A stretch of 64,000 nucleotides of DNA from an uncultured Gemmatimonadaceae bacterium. Its GTDB lineage: Bacteria > Gemmatimonadota > Gemmatimonadetes > Longimicrobiales > RSA9. The position numbers and the translations under genes are program-made. Shown here piece after piece: positions 63,022 through 64,000 of the stretch. Position 1 is the first letter of the stretch, and each line of letters opens with the position of its first letter. The stretch covers positions 2,405-66,404 of the forward strand of contig CAZSBL010000001.1 in assembly GCA_964605205.1 (NCBI GenBank). The letters run 5' to 3'. The notes under the pieces were generated by a model. That model saw only the letters and a list, made by a program, of their open reading frames with translations, ran no database searches and was not told where the DNA came from.

Positions 63022-64000
63022 CCGGCGGCTCCGGGTCGTCGGGTAAGGAGGACCACGAAGACGGGCACGCCGATGAGGGCGGTGACCACGCCTACGGGCA
63101 GCTCGACGGGCGCGGCCACGGTTCGGGCGGCGGTGTCGGCCAGGAGGAGGAAGGCGCCGCCGGCGATGGCGCTGCCGGGGAGGAGGAACCGGTGGTCGCC
63201 GCCCCAGATCAGCCGGAGCGCGTGGGGCACGATGAGCCCGACGAACCCGATGACGCCGGCGGCCGCCACGCCGGCGGCCACGAGGAGCGAGGCGACCACG
63301 TAGGCCACCCGCTTGACGCGCTCGACCCGGGTCCCGAGGTAGAGCGCCGTCTCCTCCCCGATGGCCATGAGGTTGAGGGGTCGGGCGAGGGCCAGGAGGA
63401 CGGCCAGCGCCGGGAGGGTGTAGAGGGCGAGGAGCCCTACGGAGGACCACGTCGCTGAGGCCAGGCTCCCCATCATCCAGAAGACGGCGGACCGGAACGT
63501 CTCCACGTCTGCCAGGGTGAGCAGTAGCAGGATCACAGCGTTGAAGAAGGCGCCCACCACCACGCCGGCCAGGAGCAGGACGCGGGTGTCGAGGGTGGTG
63601 CCGACGGAGGCGGCGATCCGGAAGACCAGGACGATGGCGCCGATCCCGCCGGCGAACGCGGCCACGGGCACGAGCCAGCCGGGGGCCGCGGCGAAGAAGC
63701 CGATGACCGCCACGGCGCCCACGGCCGCGCCACCTGAGACGCCCAGGATGTACGGCTCGGCCAGGGGGTTCCGGAGGAGCGCCTGGAAGACGGTGCCGGC
63801 CACGGCCAGCGCGGCGCCGATGATCACGGCCAGCGCGGCCCGGGGGAGGCGCAGGTCCACCACGATGGCCCGGGTGGTGGCGTCGGCATCGCCGGCCAGC
63901 GCGCCGAGGATGTCCCCCGGCGAGATCGGTACGGCACCCACGCCCACGGCCAGGAGCACGGTGGCGCCCAGGAAGACGGTGAGGAGCGCGAGCCGGGCGG
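63018..64000 (-). CDS. FecCD/BtuC-family ABC transporter permease (5' end beyond window)
   Basis: VVDLRLPRAALAVIIGAALAVAGTVFQALLRNPLAEPYILGVSGGAA is the FecCD signature region. The reading frame stays open to the window edge. Confidence 0.8.
   Translation of the reverse strand, partial: ARLALLTVFLGATVLLAVGVGAVPISPGDILGALAGDADATTRAIVVDLRLPRAALAVIIGAALAVAGTVFQALLRNPLAEPYILGVSGGAAVGAVAVIGFFAAAPGWLVPVAAFAGGIGAIVLVFRIAASVGTTLDTRVLLLAGVVVGAFFNAVILLLLTLADVETFRSAVFWMMGSLASATWSSVGLLALYTLPALAVLLALARPLNLMAIGEETALYLGTRVERVKRVAYVVASLLVAAGVAAAGVIGFVGLIVPHALRLIWGGDHRFLLPGSAIAGGAFLLLADTAARTVAAPVELPVGVVTALIGVPVFVVLLTRRPGAAG

Overview
Very GC-rich bacterial chromosomal segment. Gene content (a GWxTD protein, two compact ~290-aa sigma-70 factors, S46/M20 peptidases) suggests a Gemmatimonadota-like organism; this is inference, not a search result. 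I support about 55 protein genes. They are tightly packed, with many ATGA/GTGA/TGATG start-stop overlaps. Most long antisense or out-of-frame track ORFs are high-GC shadow ORFs.

Housekeeping and metabolism:
- peptide catabolism: S46 peptidase, M20 dipeptidase, Tat-exported amidase, five-gene Opp/Dpp-type ABC importer
- chaperones: Hsp33 and a GroES-like protein
- two acyl-CoA dehydrogenases
- gcvH, then gcvP plus a lipoate ligase about 6 kb further on
- msrA, an isolated trpF, polA, ssb, a cold-shock protein
- maeB and pckA, rsgA
- an HD-domain hydrolase and a PP2C phosphatase
- a TonB-dependent receptor with an FecCD/ABC importer

No rRNA, tRNA, CRISPR, transposase, integrase or phage genes were seen.

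Most interesting observations:
1. A six-gene, start-stop-coupled minus-strand operon (43435-50036). It joins an Omp85 barrel, a SAM methyltransferase, a flavin oxidoreductase, an SRPBCC cyclase-like protein, a FabF-type ketosynthase with no ACP/KR/DH partners, and a DUF4126 membrane protein. I do not recognise it as a described pathway.
2. An ExbB-type channel without ExbD, coupled to a GWxTD lipoprotein, a large Slt and a dolichol-kinase-like protein.
3. Unusual non-coding structure: (ACAACGA)n heptamer arrays at three successive gene junctions, a 15-nt tandem array beside a 16-bp perfect inverted repeat upstream of gcvP, and a family of CGGAG-rich MITE-like palindromic elements.
4. A terminator-like leader hairpin between the promoter and start codon of a sigma-factor gene.
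5. A stand-alone HisKA/DHp protein, a frameshifted DUF2277 gene, and an SSB lacking the canonical C-terminal tip.

All family calls rest on motif recognition by eye. Coordinates of non-coding features were anchored to track ORF ends but may be off by 1-2 nt.
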